From positions 1,416 through 65,415 of the forward strand of contig CAZZKG010000014.1 of assembly GCA_964654825.1 (NCBI GenBank): a stretch of DNA of 64,000 bases. The letters run 5' to 3'. The DNA comes from an uncultured Gemmatimonadota bacterium (GTDB lineage Bacteria > Gemmatimonadota > CAZMKB01). This document shows, one piece after another, positions 1-10,085 of the stretch (the first letter of the stretch is position 1; each line of letters starts with the position of its first letter). The notes below the pieces were generated by a model. It did no database searches. It saw nothing but the letters and a program-made list of their open reading frames with translations, and had not been told where the DNA came from. Both the position numbers and the translations under genes were made by a program.

Positions 1-1961
1 AAAGGTTCGAAGAGGAGCCCCAGATTCTTCTCGCTGATCCCTACGCCGCTGTCAGCAATCTTCACCAGGGTTTCCCCTTCGTCGAACGAGAGTGTCACCT
101 TCAGATTACCCCCATCAGGCATGGCCTGCATCGCGTTCTGCATTATATTGAAAAAAACCTGACCGAGGAGTACAGGATCCCCCTCGATTCTCGGAATCGA
201 AGGGTGATCGTGCAGGTCGAGAAATACCTGGATATTCTCCGGAAATGGTATCCGTTCTGCGGCCTGCTCGAGGATCTCGTGGAGATCGACAGCCTTCAGG
301 TGAGGAACGAGCGGGCTCGCGAAGGTGAGAAGGTCCGAAACGATGGTCTCCGCAATGTTGATCTCCTTCTCGATAATCATCATGTGTTTCGTGACCTGTG
401 TCCTCCTCTCATCTCCGGAATCCGCCTCAACCTTCCCCTTCAGATAGTACATTGAGTTCTTGATAACCCCTAAGGCATTTCGAATCTCGTGGGCCACCCC
501 CGCGGCAACCTTGCCCATCGAAGAGAGGCTTTCAGACTGGATGAGCTCCTGCTGGATCACGGCAAGCTCCTCCTGCCTTTCTTTGAGCGATCTCGCCATT
601 TCATTGAAGGAAGAAGCGAGATATCCTATCTCATCGTCCGAGTCAGGCCCCCCGGAAACCTGATAACTCAGATCGCCGCCACCGATCCTTCTCGCTCCTT
701 CCGCGAGCTCTCTCACGGGATGAGCGATCTTCCGTGAAGCCCAGAAGGTCACCAGCAGCACTACCAGGACCAGGAAAAAGAAAAAGAAGAACATCTGGGT
801 GATCATCATGCTCGTCCGGTCTTTCATCTTCTCTTCTGTATTGAGTAAAGCCCTGGTCACCAATTCGACAGGGACGACGAGCCCGAGTACCCAGCCCGAG
901 GTTACCACGGGGTGATAGGCAATGATCTTCTCCGCTCCGTCAACAACAACCCTGCCGATGCCTGAAGCACCCGAGGCCATGAGTGTGAGCTCCGGCTGCA
1001 TTTCGGGCCTAGCCCTGTCGAACAGGTTGAAATGATCCGGTCGTACGCCAGTGTCGTAACCCAGATCAGGATACGCGTTGTCGGTGAAAGCGATGACCGA
1101 TCCATCACGTCGCATCAGGAACGCATAACCGCCCTCTTGGGAATTCAGCCCGAATATCCTGTCGGAGAGCCTCTCGACTGTCACGTCGATCCCGACGACC
1201 CCGCAGAACTTCCCTTCTACCGTATAGACCGGGCAGGAGCAAGTGACCATGAATCCCCGTCCTGCGACATCGAGATAGACTTCCGACCACACCGGCAGAT
1301 GGGAGGGATTGTGCACCGGGTCGGCAAGGTAGTAGATCGGGTGCCCCTCAACGTCGAGGTCGGGCGCGAGCGTACCTCCCAGCACGGCCTCCTCGGCATC
1401 GAACCACGGGAATCCCCTCGACAGTCTGCTCGAAGAGGTGAAATACACATACGCCATATTTTCATCCCCTTCATACACACTTCTCAGAATCGGATCGAGA
1501 TATTCGGTGAGAAGGATTTCATTCTCGAGACTCTCAGTCAGGGGAACACCATCAGCGACGAACAGGTTCGATCCCTCTCTGGCAGAGCTCCAGAAGAATC
1601 CAAGCCGGTGTGTCTCGTATGTCCTCGCCCGGTCGAGCCTGAAACTGGAGGGGTTCCCGTACAGCTCAGCGGTCACCGACGCGACCGCTTTTGCTTCCCC
1701 TTCTATCCTCAGAAGTTCTGTTTCGAGAGTAAGTGCGTAGTTTTTCGTGTCGCTGGAAAGAGATGATTCCAGTTTCTCAACGAGGGCCGCTTTCCCTTCT
1801 TCCAGAGAGACTTCCCGAATCTGCTTCGTTGTGGTGAACATGAGGAAGGCGGTGATCCCGACAGGTACCAGGGTCATGAGGATGAGAAGGAGGAGGAGCT
1901 TGGAAGCGATGTTCTTCCTGGGCAGCTTCCGTCTCTCTGAGTATCCTTTGTGTCTCTCCAT
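1..1961 (-). CDS. Sensor histidine kinase, 3'-partial (C-terminus beyond window start). Architecture: N-terminal TM, periplasmic Cache-like sensor, second TM, HAMP, HisKA, HATPase_c.
   Basis: Minus-strand translation from the ATG at ~1959-1961 reads MERHKGYSERRKLPRKNIASKLLLLLILMTLVPVGITAF... with no stop before coordinate 1. Further in are a TM stretch FFFFFLVLVVLLVTF, an H-box VAAGVAHEIRNALGVIKNS and a G1 box IADSGVGI. The gene is absent from the ORF track because it has no in-window stop. Confidence 0.8.
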   Translation of the reverse strand, partial: MERHKGYSERRKLPRKNIASKLLLLLILMTLVPVGITAFLMFTTTKQIREVSLEEGKAALVEKLESSLSSDTKNYALTLETELLRIEGEAKAVASVTAELYGNPSSFRLDRARTYETHRLGFFWSSAREGSNLFVADGVPLTESLENEILLTEYLDPILRSVYEGDENMAYVYFTSSSRLSRGFPWFDAEEAVLGGTLAPDLDVEGHPIYYLADPVHNPSHLPVWSEVYLDVAGRGFMVTCSCPVYTVEGKFCGVVGIDVTVERLSDRIFGLNSQEGGYAFLMRRDGSVIAFTDNAYPDLGYDTGVRPDHFNLFDRARPEMQPELTLMASGASGIGRVVVDGAEKIIAYHPVVTSGWVLGLVVPVELVTRALLNTEEKMKDRTSMMITQMFFFFFFLVLVVLLVTFWASRKIAHPVRELAEGARRIGGGDLSYQVSGGPDSDDEIGYLASSFNEMARSLKERQEELAVIQQELIQSESLSSMGKVAAGVAHEIRNALGVIKNSMYYLKGKVEADSGDERRTQVTKHMMIIEKEINIAETIVSDLLTFASPLVPHLKAVDLHEILEQAAERIPFPENIQVFLDLHDHPSIPRIEGDPVLLGQVFFNIMQNAMQAMPDGGNLKVTLSFDEGETLVKIADSGVGISEKNLGLLFEP

Positions 1962-2859
1962 ACCAGAACACCTGCGGGCGATTGATTTCACACAGCTGCT
2001 TTAACATCTCTCTACAAGTTTTCTCTTCGCTCAAACTCACGTCTGAACGAGCATGCAGGCCCAGGGGTATGTCCTCTCCGCTCAGGCTGTACGGATTGAC
2101 CAGTCTAAAGCTTGCTCGCTCGATTTCCGAACTCGCGTTTTCGACGCTCAGACAGGCGGAAATCGCCACGACAGTGGACGCTCGCTTCGCTGAGACTGGA
2201 ACCCAATCCTTAACAGATTCGCGCCAAGGACATACCCCAGTGCTTTGATGCGCGGGTCAACAGGGTGTCCGATGAACGAGTCTGATGGTTTGGGATCCGT
2301 CTTTGCGAGTTCCGGATGCCCAACGCTGGCACTCCCACAGGGTAATCTCGAGAGAGAGTAGAACGGGCCCCCAAATTAGCTTAGAACGGTCAAACCGGAA
2401 GTCGAGTGAGCCGGACACCCTGTTGTCCGTGCAACACGAGCTGAGTGAAGAGCAACTTCTTCAGCAATCTCTGAACAAGTCCCAACCTCGTTCGGACGCT
2501 CCGAGAGACGTATTCAGGGATCTTTCTCGTTCGAATATTCTCTCAATTGAATATTACACGGGGGTTGTATTCTCGTCAAGTACGTACTTCAGCCAAGTGT
2601 TTTTATAACCTGTTTATTTCAAGTTGATTAGGGAAAACACAAGAAACCTGCACCGTGTGCCCGACGGAATTCAGGCAGAACATCGGGGTTGATTTTTTCG
2701 TATACTTAGTGGCCCTCCTCGCGTCTTGTAGTTCGGGCGTCTCGCTGACCTCGATACGTCACCGTATTTATAAGCAGGGTCACCAAGGTGATCTTTTATC
2801 AGGTTGAAATACTGTCCGTTTTTATGTATATTGTATTCAGAGACCTCCTTTGAGGGAAG

Positions 2860-4128
2860 GTGACCGGACACGTGAGGATTTCTCTTTTTTGGGTATTGAT
2901 TTTGATTCTCCCATCCCTGGCAGGAGCGCAGCTCGCGGGGTACCGGACGAACTACGCGTATGTCGGCAACCGCCAGAGCAAGCTCGTCCACCTCACTTAC
3001 TACCACCACCTCCCTGATGACTACCTGAGAGAAAACTTCGAAACACTGTCTGAAGCGCTCGAAGCTAATTACCGGCCGTGCCCCATCTGTTTCCCTGAAC
3101 ATCCCATGGTAGCCGGATACGATTTTGAGCGCCAGCTCGGTATCTCCTCAGCGGCCATGCTCAATTACTATTATCCGGTCCCGGCCCCGCCCGAGGCGAT
3201 CGAAAGAGTGAGGGAAGCCGGTGCACGGATCCTGCTCAACTGGCCGTTTCCTCTCAAGGGGTACAACTACACCTTCTCTGCCGTCCAGAGTGATATGTTC
3301 AAGGCATTCTCCTGCCCGACCGGTATCATCTACCTCACGACCGGTCTTCTCCGTATCCTCGAATCCGAGGAAGAACTCGAGATGGTTCTGGCTCACGAGA
3401 TCTCGCACATCGAGAACAGGCATGCATTCAGGCAGTTCCAGACTCAATTCACCACTCCCAGGCTGGCTCTCGATGCTGTAACGGTCTCGAAAGACCTCGA
3501 CGAGCTGGCGAGGTCGCTGATCCTGGTGGGATACGGTGAGGAAGCCGAAGAGGAAGCCGATCTCTACGCACAGGCATACAGCATGTCCCGATATAAGGAG
3601 GACCGGGGGACGCTCCTCCTGCTCCTGAACAAACTGCGGGATATATCCTGGCAGGAGACGCGGACCGGCGGCGGCCTCTTTTCCGGGAGATCGGACATGG
3701 AACAGAGGATCAGCGAGGTAACCGCAACCCGTATTCACATGTATCCGAAAAACCAGGAGTACTGGAACAGGAACGAGAGCGGCGAAACAACAGCCAGGGC
3801 TCAACTCATCATGGAGAAAATCAACGGAAACCGGCTCACCATGATCACCGCCTTCTGGACAAAGGAGACCATCCCGCTCGGTGCCGCGGGGAGCGGCCTC
3901 CTGAGGATCCGCCTGACCGATGGTGAGCACACGCTCCCCCAGACAGGAATAACTTTTCTCAGAAAACATCCCGAAGACAGGAGCGGGTTCCACACGTATG
4001 TGGTTACCTTCGAGACGACCGGCCCGACCGATCTCTACGCATTTGACCTCCGCAGCATCCAGCGGATAAGCTTCGAAAAGCAGCGGGGACTCCGAAACTA
4101 CGAAACGATTCTCTCATTCACCCACTGA
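2860..4128 (+). CDS. Secreted M48-family Zn metallopeptidase with N-terminal signal peptide and an Ada-type zinc-ribbon-like domain
   Basis: Signal peptide LFWVLILILPSLAGAQLAG. An Ada_Zn_binding-like segment YAYVGNRQSKLVHLTYYHHLPDDYLRENFETLSEALEANYRPCPICFP. The M48 signature GIIYLTTGLLRILESEEELEMVLAHEISHIENRH (HEXXH). Confidence 0.75.
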   Translation: MTGHVRISLFWVLILILPSLAGAQLAGYRTNYAYVGNRQSKLVHLTYYHHLPDDYLRENFETLSEALEANYRPCPICFPEHPMVAGYDFERQLGISSAAMLNYYYPVPAPPEAIERVREAGARILLNWPFPLKGYNYTFSAVQSDMFKAFSCPTGIIYLTTGLLRILESEEELEMVLAHEISHIENRHAFRQFQTQFTTPRLALDAVTVSKDLDELARSLILVGYGEEAEEEADLYAQAYSMSRYKEDRGTLLLLLNKLRDISWQETRTGGGLFSGRSDMEQRISEVTATRIHMYPKNQEYWNRNESGETTARAQLIMEKINGNRLTMITAFWTKETIPLGAAGSGLLRIRLTDGEHTLPQTGITFLRKHPEDRSGFHTYVVTFETTGPTDLYAFDLRSIQRISFEKQRGLRNYETILSFTH

Positions 4129-4139
4129 TAAAGCTCGAC

Positions 4140-5072
4140 CTACCACAGTACACATGCCACGTGATGATCTTTTTCTATCTCACTGAAAGCAGGGAATTCC
4201 TTCCTGCAGCGTGGGGTTTCATATCTGCACCGCGGATGGAACACACACCCGGACGGAGGGCACGTGGAATCACCCGGTTCACCCTCCGGGACGACGGACT
4301 CATGATCACCCTCCGACTCGATCCGGGGGAGTGAGGAGAGAAGTATTTTGGTGTAGGGGTGCGCCGGCCTGGCGATCAACCGATCGGCCGGGGCGATTTC
4401 GAGAATTTTTCCGAGATACATGACGATCACCCTGCTCGCCGCGTGGTAGATGATACAGAGGTCGTGGGCGATAAAAAGAAGGGTGAGGCCGAGTTTTCTC
4501 TGCAGATCCAGGAGCAGGTTTACGATCTGCCCCTGAACCGAGACATCGAGCGCGGTGACCGGTTCATCCGCAACGACGAACCTGGGGTTGAGTGACAGAG
4601 CTCTCGCGATACCTATCCTCTGTCTCTCCCCACCGCTGAACTCATGGGGAAACCGGGGCATGGTTTCGGGAGGAAGGCCCACCAGTTCGAGCAGATGAGC
4701 GACCTGCTTCTTCGCCTCCCTGCCACGGGATATCCCGTGATAGACGAGAGGCTCGACGAGAATCTTCTCCACACTCATCCGCGGATTGAGAGAACCGCGC
4801 GGATCCTGGAAGACGACCTGGACCGTTTTTCTGAAAAGAGCCAGATCCCTCCCCTTCAGGGAGATAACATCCTTCCCCTCGAATTCGATCTCGCCGCGGT
4901 TCGGCTTCTCGAGACGCACCAACAATTTCCCGAGTGTTGACTTACCGCTTCCGCTCTCCCCGACGAGGCCGAGTGTTTCACCCTCCCTAAGGTCGAAGCT
5001 CACACCGTCGACTGCTCTGATGTATGATGCGGAGCGGGAGAAGAAATCCTCCCGCACGGGGAACCACTTCAC
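4140..5072 (-). CDS. oppF: Oligopeptide/dipeptide ABC transporter ATP-binding protein (OppF/DppF type); GTG start
   Basis: Walker A GESGSGKST, ABC signature FSGGERQRIGIARAL, Walker B FVVADEPVTALD, and the typical OppF Cys/His-rich C-terminus. Confidence 0.85.
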   Translation of the reverse strand: MKWFPVREDFFSRSASYIRAVDGVSFDLREGETLGLVGESGSGKSTLGKLLVRLEKPNRGEIEFEGKDVISLKGRDLALFRKTVQVVFQDPRGSLNPRMSVEKILVEPLVYHGISRGREAKKQVAHLLELVGLPPETMPRFPHEFSGGERQRIGIARALSLNPRFVVADEPVTALDVSVQGQIVNLLLDLQRKLGLTLLFIAHDLCIIYHAASRVIVMYLGKILEIAPADRLIARPAHPYTKILLSSLPRIESEGDHESVVPEGEPGDSTCPPSGCVFHPRCRYETPRCRKEFPAFSEIEKDHHVACVLW

Positions 5073-5118
5073 CAGATCCCTTACGCGGAAAAGTACGCCG
5101 ATACCGCACCTCCCTCAG

Positions 5119-6099
5119 TTAATACAACCAGCATCTCACCATCCTGTCATTTTCGATATTCTGCATCACCGGGCGTGATTCCCTGCAACGATCCATAGTA
5201 CTCCCGCATCTCGGATGGAACGGGCACCCTGAGGGACGACTGCCGGGTTTCGGGACACTTCCCGCTATGGTGCCGAGTCGGGACCTGGGTGATTCCAGTC
5301 GGGGGATGACATCGGTGAGAGCCTTCGTATACGGATGGAATGGTTCTCTGAAAAGACTTTCGGTCCGTCCGGACTCGACGATGATGCCGGCGTAGACCAC
5401 GACGGTCTTCTCCGCCATGCCGCTGATGAGAGCCAGGTCATGCGTGATGAAGATCACGGACATGCCGAGTTCTGTGCGTAACCTCCTGATCAAATCCAGA
5501 ATCTGAGCCTGAATTGTGAGATCGAGGGCGGTCGTTGGTTCGTCTGCAAGGAGGAGTATGGGTCTCAATGCAAGTGCCATGGCTATCATCGCCCTCTGCA
5601 TGAGCCCGCCGCTTAGCTGGTGAGGGTACTGGGCCGATCTCTCGGCCGCTGCGGGGATCCCTGCTTCGTCGAGGGCTTCAATGGCCAGATCCCTCGCTTC
5701 CCGCCGGGAGAGATCGAGGTGCGTGGCGAAGACCTCTTCCACCTGCCGACCGATGGAGTAAAACGGGTTGAGGGCTGTCATCGGTTCCTGGAGAACGATC
5801 GCGATTTCCTTCCCCCGTATCCGCCTCATCTCCTCTGTGCCGAGTGAGAACAGGTCCCTCCCCCTGAAGAAGATCTGACCGGAAGTGAGGTTCCATGGCG
5901 GCCTCGGCAGGAGCCGCAGGATGCTCTGAGCGGTGACGCTTTTCCCGCTCCCGGACTCCCCGACGATCCCGATTATTTCACCGTGATCCACTCCGAAGGA
6001 AATGCCGTCAACGACAGTGACCGGACCGGACCTGGTGTCGAGTGAGAGGGAGAGATCCTTCACCCGGAGGAGCATGTCGCTGGTATTGGTCTGCATCAT
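5119..6099 (-). CDS. oppD: Oligopeptide/dipeptide ABC transporter ATP-binding protein (OppD/DppD type)
   Basis: GESGSGKSVTAQSILRLL, LSGGLMQRAMIAMAL, LLLADEPTTALD, and an OppD-type C-terminal extension. Confidence 0.85.
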   Translation of the reverse strand: MMQTNTSDMLLRVKDLSLSLDTRSGPVTVVDGISFGVDHGEIIGIVGESGSGKSVTAQSILRLLPRPPWNLTSGQIFFRGRDLFSLGTEEMRRIRGKEIAIVLQEPMTALNPFYSIGRQVEEVFATHLDLSRREARDLAIEALDEAGIPAAAERSAQYPHQLSGGLMQRAMIAMALALRPILLLADEPTTALDLTIQAQILDLIRRLRTELGMSVIFITHDLALISGMAEKTVVVYAGIIVESGRTESLFREPFHPYTKALTDVIPRLESPRSRLGTIAGSVPKPGSRPSGCPFHPRCGSTMDRCRESRPVMQNIENDRMVRCWLY

Positions 6100-6266
6100 G
6101 TCCGGTCCTCACAGTTTCGAAAAATCCCCGCTCACTTACGTGGCCCTGTTCATACATACGCGTGCCTTCGGCCAACGATGCATCACGTTGTTAATGAACA
6201 GGACACCTATGAACTCATTCATCCGGGTACTCGTAGAGCAGGAGGCAGGCGCCCGGGCTTCAGGTC

Positions 6267-8033
6267 CTATTTGAGCAGTGTCATCTTGATGCTGGTACTC
6301 CTGCCTCCTACGATCATCCTCGACAGATATACTCCGGAGGCAACTTTCGTGCCCTGCTCATTCCTTCCGTCCCAGACCACCCGGTGGTCCCCGGGCAGAA
6401 GTGTACGATCGACGAGCCTTCGGATCAATCTGCCTTTCAAGTCGTAGACCGCCAGTGAGACGCGATTGCCCCAGGCCGGATACCCGGGTACCGAGAACCG
6501 GATCGTGGTCTGCGGGTTGAACGGGTTCGGGTAGTTCTGCCTGAGGAGCGCGGTCCCGGGTACTGGAGGCGTCAGCGGCTCATCGCGATCGACCCCGACG
6601 TTTTCACCGGGATCGATCAAGAGCACATCCGATTCCCCGAGATTCGTAACGTAGAGGTCTATGAGGCCGGTCCCACCGGCGTCGAAGAAATTGACGTCGA
6701 CCGTTGTGTCCTCGACGTTAGGAAAGATCTGGAAGGTCCGGTCCGTGAAGAAACCGAACCCATCGTTTACGAGGAGCCGGTTTCTGCCTTTGCCGGCATA
6801 CAGGCTGTCGAAGAAAACAGTTAAATTCCCTACGACGACATCGTTGTCCCCGTCACCCTCGATGTCGGCCACGTCACACGCGTGCGACCAGCTGCTGTCG
6901 ACGGAAGACCCTGTCGGCGTTCGGAGCTGGGTCTCGTCGTAGAACCGGCCGGAACCGTCGTTCATCCAGAGGAAGTTGATCTCCCAGAACCACTTCGCGA
7001 TGTAGAGGTCCGGTTTCTCATCCCCATCCATATCGGCCGCGCTCACCCGCATGCTCGATCCCGTAACAGCGGGGAACCGCTGGGAGGTCTCGTCGGTGAA
7101 AAAACCGCTTCCGTTGTTGATGAGGATGCGTGATTCGTCGCCGTTCACGTTGTCGTTGATGATGACCAGGTCCATGTCATGATCACCTTCGGCATCGAAC
7201 ACGAGGCAGTCCATCGAAGTATCCAGCCTGGGCTGAAACTGAAAACGCAGGTTGGTCTCATCAGAAAAGTGGCCGCTGCCGTCATTTATAAGGAGCTGAT
7301 TTTCCTTAGAAGAAGGAAATAAAGGATCAGCGAAATTCACGATGAAGATGTCGTTGTCACCGTCACCGTCGACGTCACCCCACGAAGCGCCCTGGCTGGC
7401 TGCCGAGTCGACCGGGAGATGAGTCAGCGTCGAATCGAGGAAGTGGCCGGTCCCGTCGTTCATGAAGAGCCTGTTCTGGGAATCGTTGACTGCGACAAAC
7501 AGGTCCGGCAAGCTGTCTCCTGTGACATCGACCAGGTCGACGTCAAAGGCATTAACGGAAATCGGCGGGACACGATCGCTTTCATCGATAAACGCCCCGC
7601 CCTCGTTAATGAGCACTCTGGCGGACGTCAGATAACCCACCGTCACGATATCCTCGTCTCCATCGTCGTCGATGTCGCCGGTGTCGGTTCTCCAGTCCTC
7701 ATCGCTTTGGGTAAAGGCCTGCCCTGTTGCGCCCGAAGCGGAAGACAGGACATACACTCCCGAGGGAAGCTCCCGGCCGAGCTCATCGAGTACCCCGGCA
7801 TCGAGCTTGGAAAGAGTTTTTCGTATCCGTCCGGCCCTGTCGATCACAACGAAAGGCCCTTCCCGGACTCCCGTGGCACTCATGGACACGGGAAGCTCCG
7901 CCCGGTTACCGATCACGAGCATTTTGAAACCGGGGGTCGTGCGGGCAGTAGAAACGACTGTCGGATGTGCGAACGAGGGGATCAGGAAAAGGACACCGAA
8001 GAGAAGGATTTGGATTTTCTGAAACGGCTTCAT
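6267..8033 (-). CDS. Secreted FG-GAP/VCBS-repeat beta-propeller protein with T9SS C-terminal sorting domain
   Basis: Signal peptide. Repeated NDGxGxF...DxDGDGDxD calcium-binding FG-GAP motifs. C-terminus LRQNYPNPFNPQTTIRF...GVYLSRM...KMTLLK. Confidence 0.75.
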   Translation of the reverse strand: MKPFQKIQILLFGVLFLIPSFAHPTVVSTARTTPGFKMLVIGNRAELPVSMSATGVREGPFVVIDRAGRIRKTLSKLDAGVLDELGRELPSGVYVLSSASGATGQAFTQSDEDWRTDTGDIDDDGDEDIVTVGYLTSARVLINEGGAFIDESDRVPPISVNAFDVDLVDVTGDSLPDLFVAVNDSQNRLFMNDGTGHFLDSTLTHLPVDSAASQGASWGDVDGDGDNDIFIVNFADPLFPSSKENQLLINDGSGHFSDETNLRFQFQPRLDTSMDCLVFDAEGDHDMDLVIINDNVNGDESRILINNGSGFFTDETSQRFPAVTGSSMRVSAADMDGDEKPDLYIAKWFWEINFLWMNDGSGRFYDETQLRTPTGSSVDSSWSHACDVADIEGDGDNDVVVGNLTVFFDSLYAGKGRNRLLVNDGFGFFTDRTFQIFPNVEDTTVDVNFFDAGGTGLIDLYVTNLGESDVLLIDPGENVGVDRDEPLTPPVPGTALLRQNYPNPFNPQTTIRFSVPGYPAWGNRVSLAVYDLKGRLIRRLVDRTLLPGDHRVVWDGRNEQGTKVASGVYLSRMIVGGRSTSIKMTLLK

Positions 8034-8154
8034 CGGAAACGACCTCCATTCAGAGAATATAACGAGGGCTTGTGTTCCGGTCAGGTCCTTCGTCCTTCAC
8101 TACCCACCGGCGGTGAAACAGTTCCACTTCCCGGCAAGTCCGTCCTACCGGGCG

Positions 8155-8198
8155 CACACAAAAAAATGAGCCCCTCATGCCTTGCACATGAGGGGCTC
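8155..8198 (-). terminator. Rho-independent terminator downstream of the BNR-repeat gene (minus strand)
   Basis: Perfect 12-bp inverted repeat gagcccctcatg/catgaggggctc with a 7-nt loop, immediately followed on the minus strand by a U-run (plus-strand aaaaaaa at ~8160-8166). Confidence 0.6.
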
Positions 8199-8234
8199 CC
8201 GTGTTTTGTCGAAGGGGTTCACCCCGGAAGAATT

Positions 8235-10085
8235 TTACTTCAGAAGCACCATCTTCCGTGTCTGGTTGAACCCATCGTCGGTTCTCAGTCGATAGAAATA
8301 GATACCGCTCGCGACGATCTCGCCGCTGCCGTTTCTCCCATCCCAGGTAACCGTGTGGTTACCGGCTTCCCTCACTCCGTTCTCGAGGGTCTTGATGAGC
8401 TGACCCCTGAGGTTTCTGATCTCGAGTGTCACCTTTGCATCCCGGTCGAGAGCGTAGGTTATCGTGGTCATCGGGTTGAAGGGGTTGGGATAATTCTGAC
8501 TCAGAGCCACCGCTTTGGGCAGGTTGGCCCCCTGGGTGTCGTCGTCATCGATACCGGTGGGAGCATTGTAGGTCGTCTGCAGATGCCACAGAGTCGAGTC
8601 CGCTGCGTTGCCGCCATCACCGTAGTAGATGAAGAGCCAGTCGCAATAGTACTCGGGTGGGTTAGCTGTCGGCACGACCAGGTCGACGATCCTGTTGTAA
8701 GTCTCATCGGCTGCGTCCTGCGTGATATTGATCGGCCCGGTCCCGGCAGATGATCCTGCGGCAATCGCGTTCATGCAGATGTCGCCGGCTCCGCCGCCGC
8801 TTCCCTGGATGAACTCGGTCCATCCGGCAACCACGTGCCCGTCGGCCGCTTTCGCGAGTGAGGGCATGAAGGCGACACCGGACTCACCCTCGAGCGCCGA
8901 GTTCTCGGGGAACCCGATGTACGAGGTGGTCATGACACCATTGTCGACTATAGTGTGCCAGAGACCGGCGTACCCGTAAGTCGTGTCGTTCATGTTCGTG
9001 ACGATGTGAGCGAGCCCGTCGGATGTGACAGCCACGTTTTCGTGAGCGTTGTTGAATGCGCTGTAACCCGCATCCTGGACGCCGCCGACGTATACGACCG
9101 TGGAGTCGAATGCGGGAACACCGGAATGCCCGGTCGGATAATTCGCACCTTCGGTCCCGAAGATGAGTTCGAGATCGCTCCAGGTCGCGCCACCGTCGGT
9201 CGACTGCGTGTAGGCGGGGTAAGACACCGCGCCAAGCAGGCCGTGGGCCGCGGCCCAGGTGTCATCGAGGACTGGAAAGGCGAGTGCCGCGATGAAGCTG
9301 CCGTTCGCGTCGAACATGAGAGGACCGTCCATCCCGGCCATGTCGAAACCGTTTGTCCCGATAGTGGCGGTGATGTCCAGGTCGGTACCCCAGCTCGTAC
9401 CGTTGTCGGTCGACGACCTGAAGTAGGTCTCATACGGGTTCCCCGCGGCGAAATCGATGAGGCTCATGTACGCGATGCCGCCCGGCTGCATCGACAGCAT
9501 GGTGTAGAACTCATCTTTGGTCGTGTCCGGAGTGATCTCGACGAACGGGTTGAAAGCCTGGAGACACTTGAACAGGTCGCTGGTCCAGAACGTCGCGGTG
9601 TTACCCGAATGCAGGCCCTGTTCGGTGTAGGTCAGGTACGTGAGATCGTCGTTGAAGTCGATGATGTGGTTTCTGTCACGAAGGGCATCCCATGCGGGGT
9701 CGCTGAGGGGACCGACAACGCTCCAGGTGGCGCCGTTGTCGCTGGACAGGGCCGAGTGGAGCCTCATCTCGGGGAGATCCAGGTCCTTGGTGAAGACGAC
9801 CTCGATCGACATCGGATCTTCACCGTTACAGTCATGCCGGATGATCTTCCTGCCGCCGCCGAGGAGGACCCTCAGGTTGGTGACTTCCCCTGAGACGGCA
9901 TTCATTGTCGCCTGAACGTGAGGCTGATCACCCGTCTGGAGCGTCGGGCCGAAGGTCGGCTTCTTCACCGTACGCTGGGGGGCTTTCCACAGCTGCGCAT
10001 CCGTGTCGGCCATCGCGTTCGAAACGAACATGGCCACCACGGCAAGAGCAAGTACCAATACAGACATTTTTCGAACCATTTCCAA
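8235..10085 (-). CDS. Secreted BNR/Asp-box repeat (sialidase-like beta-propeller) protein with T9SS C-terminal sorting domain
   Basis: Signal peptide. Asp-box motifs SSDNGATWS, STDNGTSWG, STDGGATWS. C-terminus LSQNYPNPFNPMTTITYAL...GIYFYRL...KMVLLK. Confidence 0.75.
   Translation of the reverse strand: MEMVRKMSVLVLALAVVAMFVSNAMADTDAQLWKAPQRTVKKPTFGPTLQTGDQPHVQATMNAVSGEVTNLRVLLGGGRKIIRHDCNGEDPMSIEVVFTKDLDLPEMRLHSALSSDNGATWSVVGPLSDPAWDALRDRNHIIDFNDDLTYLTYTEQGLHSGNTATFWTSDLFKCLQAFNPFVEITPDTTKDEFYTMLSMQPGGIAYMSLIDFAAGNPYETYFRSSTDNGTSWGTDLDITATIGTNGFDMAGMDGPLMFDANGSFIAALAFPVLDDTWAAAHGLLGAVSYPAYTQSTDGGATWSDLELIFGTEGANYPTGHSGVPAFDSTVVYVGGVQDAGYSAFNNAHENVAVTSDGLAHIVTNMNDTTYGYAGLWHTIVDNGVMTTSYIGFPENSALEGESGVAFMPSLAKAADGHVVAGWTEFIQGSGGGAGDICMNAIAAGSSAGTGPINITQDAADETYNRIVDLVVPTANPPEYYCDWLFIYYGDGGNAADSTLWHLQTTYNAPTGIDDDDTQGANLPKAVALSQNYPNPFNPMTTITYALDRDAKVTLEIRNLRGQLIKTLENGVREAGNHTVTWDGRNGSGEIVASGIYFYRLRTDDGFNQTRKMVLLK

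Noticed and set aside
2380-2470. RNase P RNA / SRP RNA-like fragments (GUGCAACA...AGCAAC; CCGGAAG...AGCC)
   Set aside because: They lack the diagnostic P4 (GGAAAGUCCGG / ACAGAACCCGGCUUA) and SRP domain-IV GGAA tetraloop pairing. Similarity is limited to short words.
7419-9893. Long ORFs (444 aa at 7419-8753 +; 312 aa at 8955-9893 +; many others such as 1032-1766 +, 32466-33050 -, 35076-35954 +, 36910-37623 region +) antisense to well-supported genes
   Set aside because: These are typical high-GC antisense open frames. They have no recognisable domains and low-complexity Arg/Pro/Gly-rich translations, and they are fully overlapped by confidently assigned genes on the other strand.
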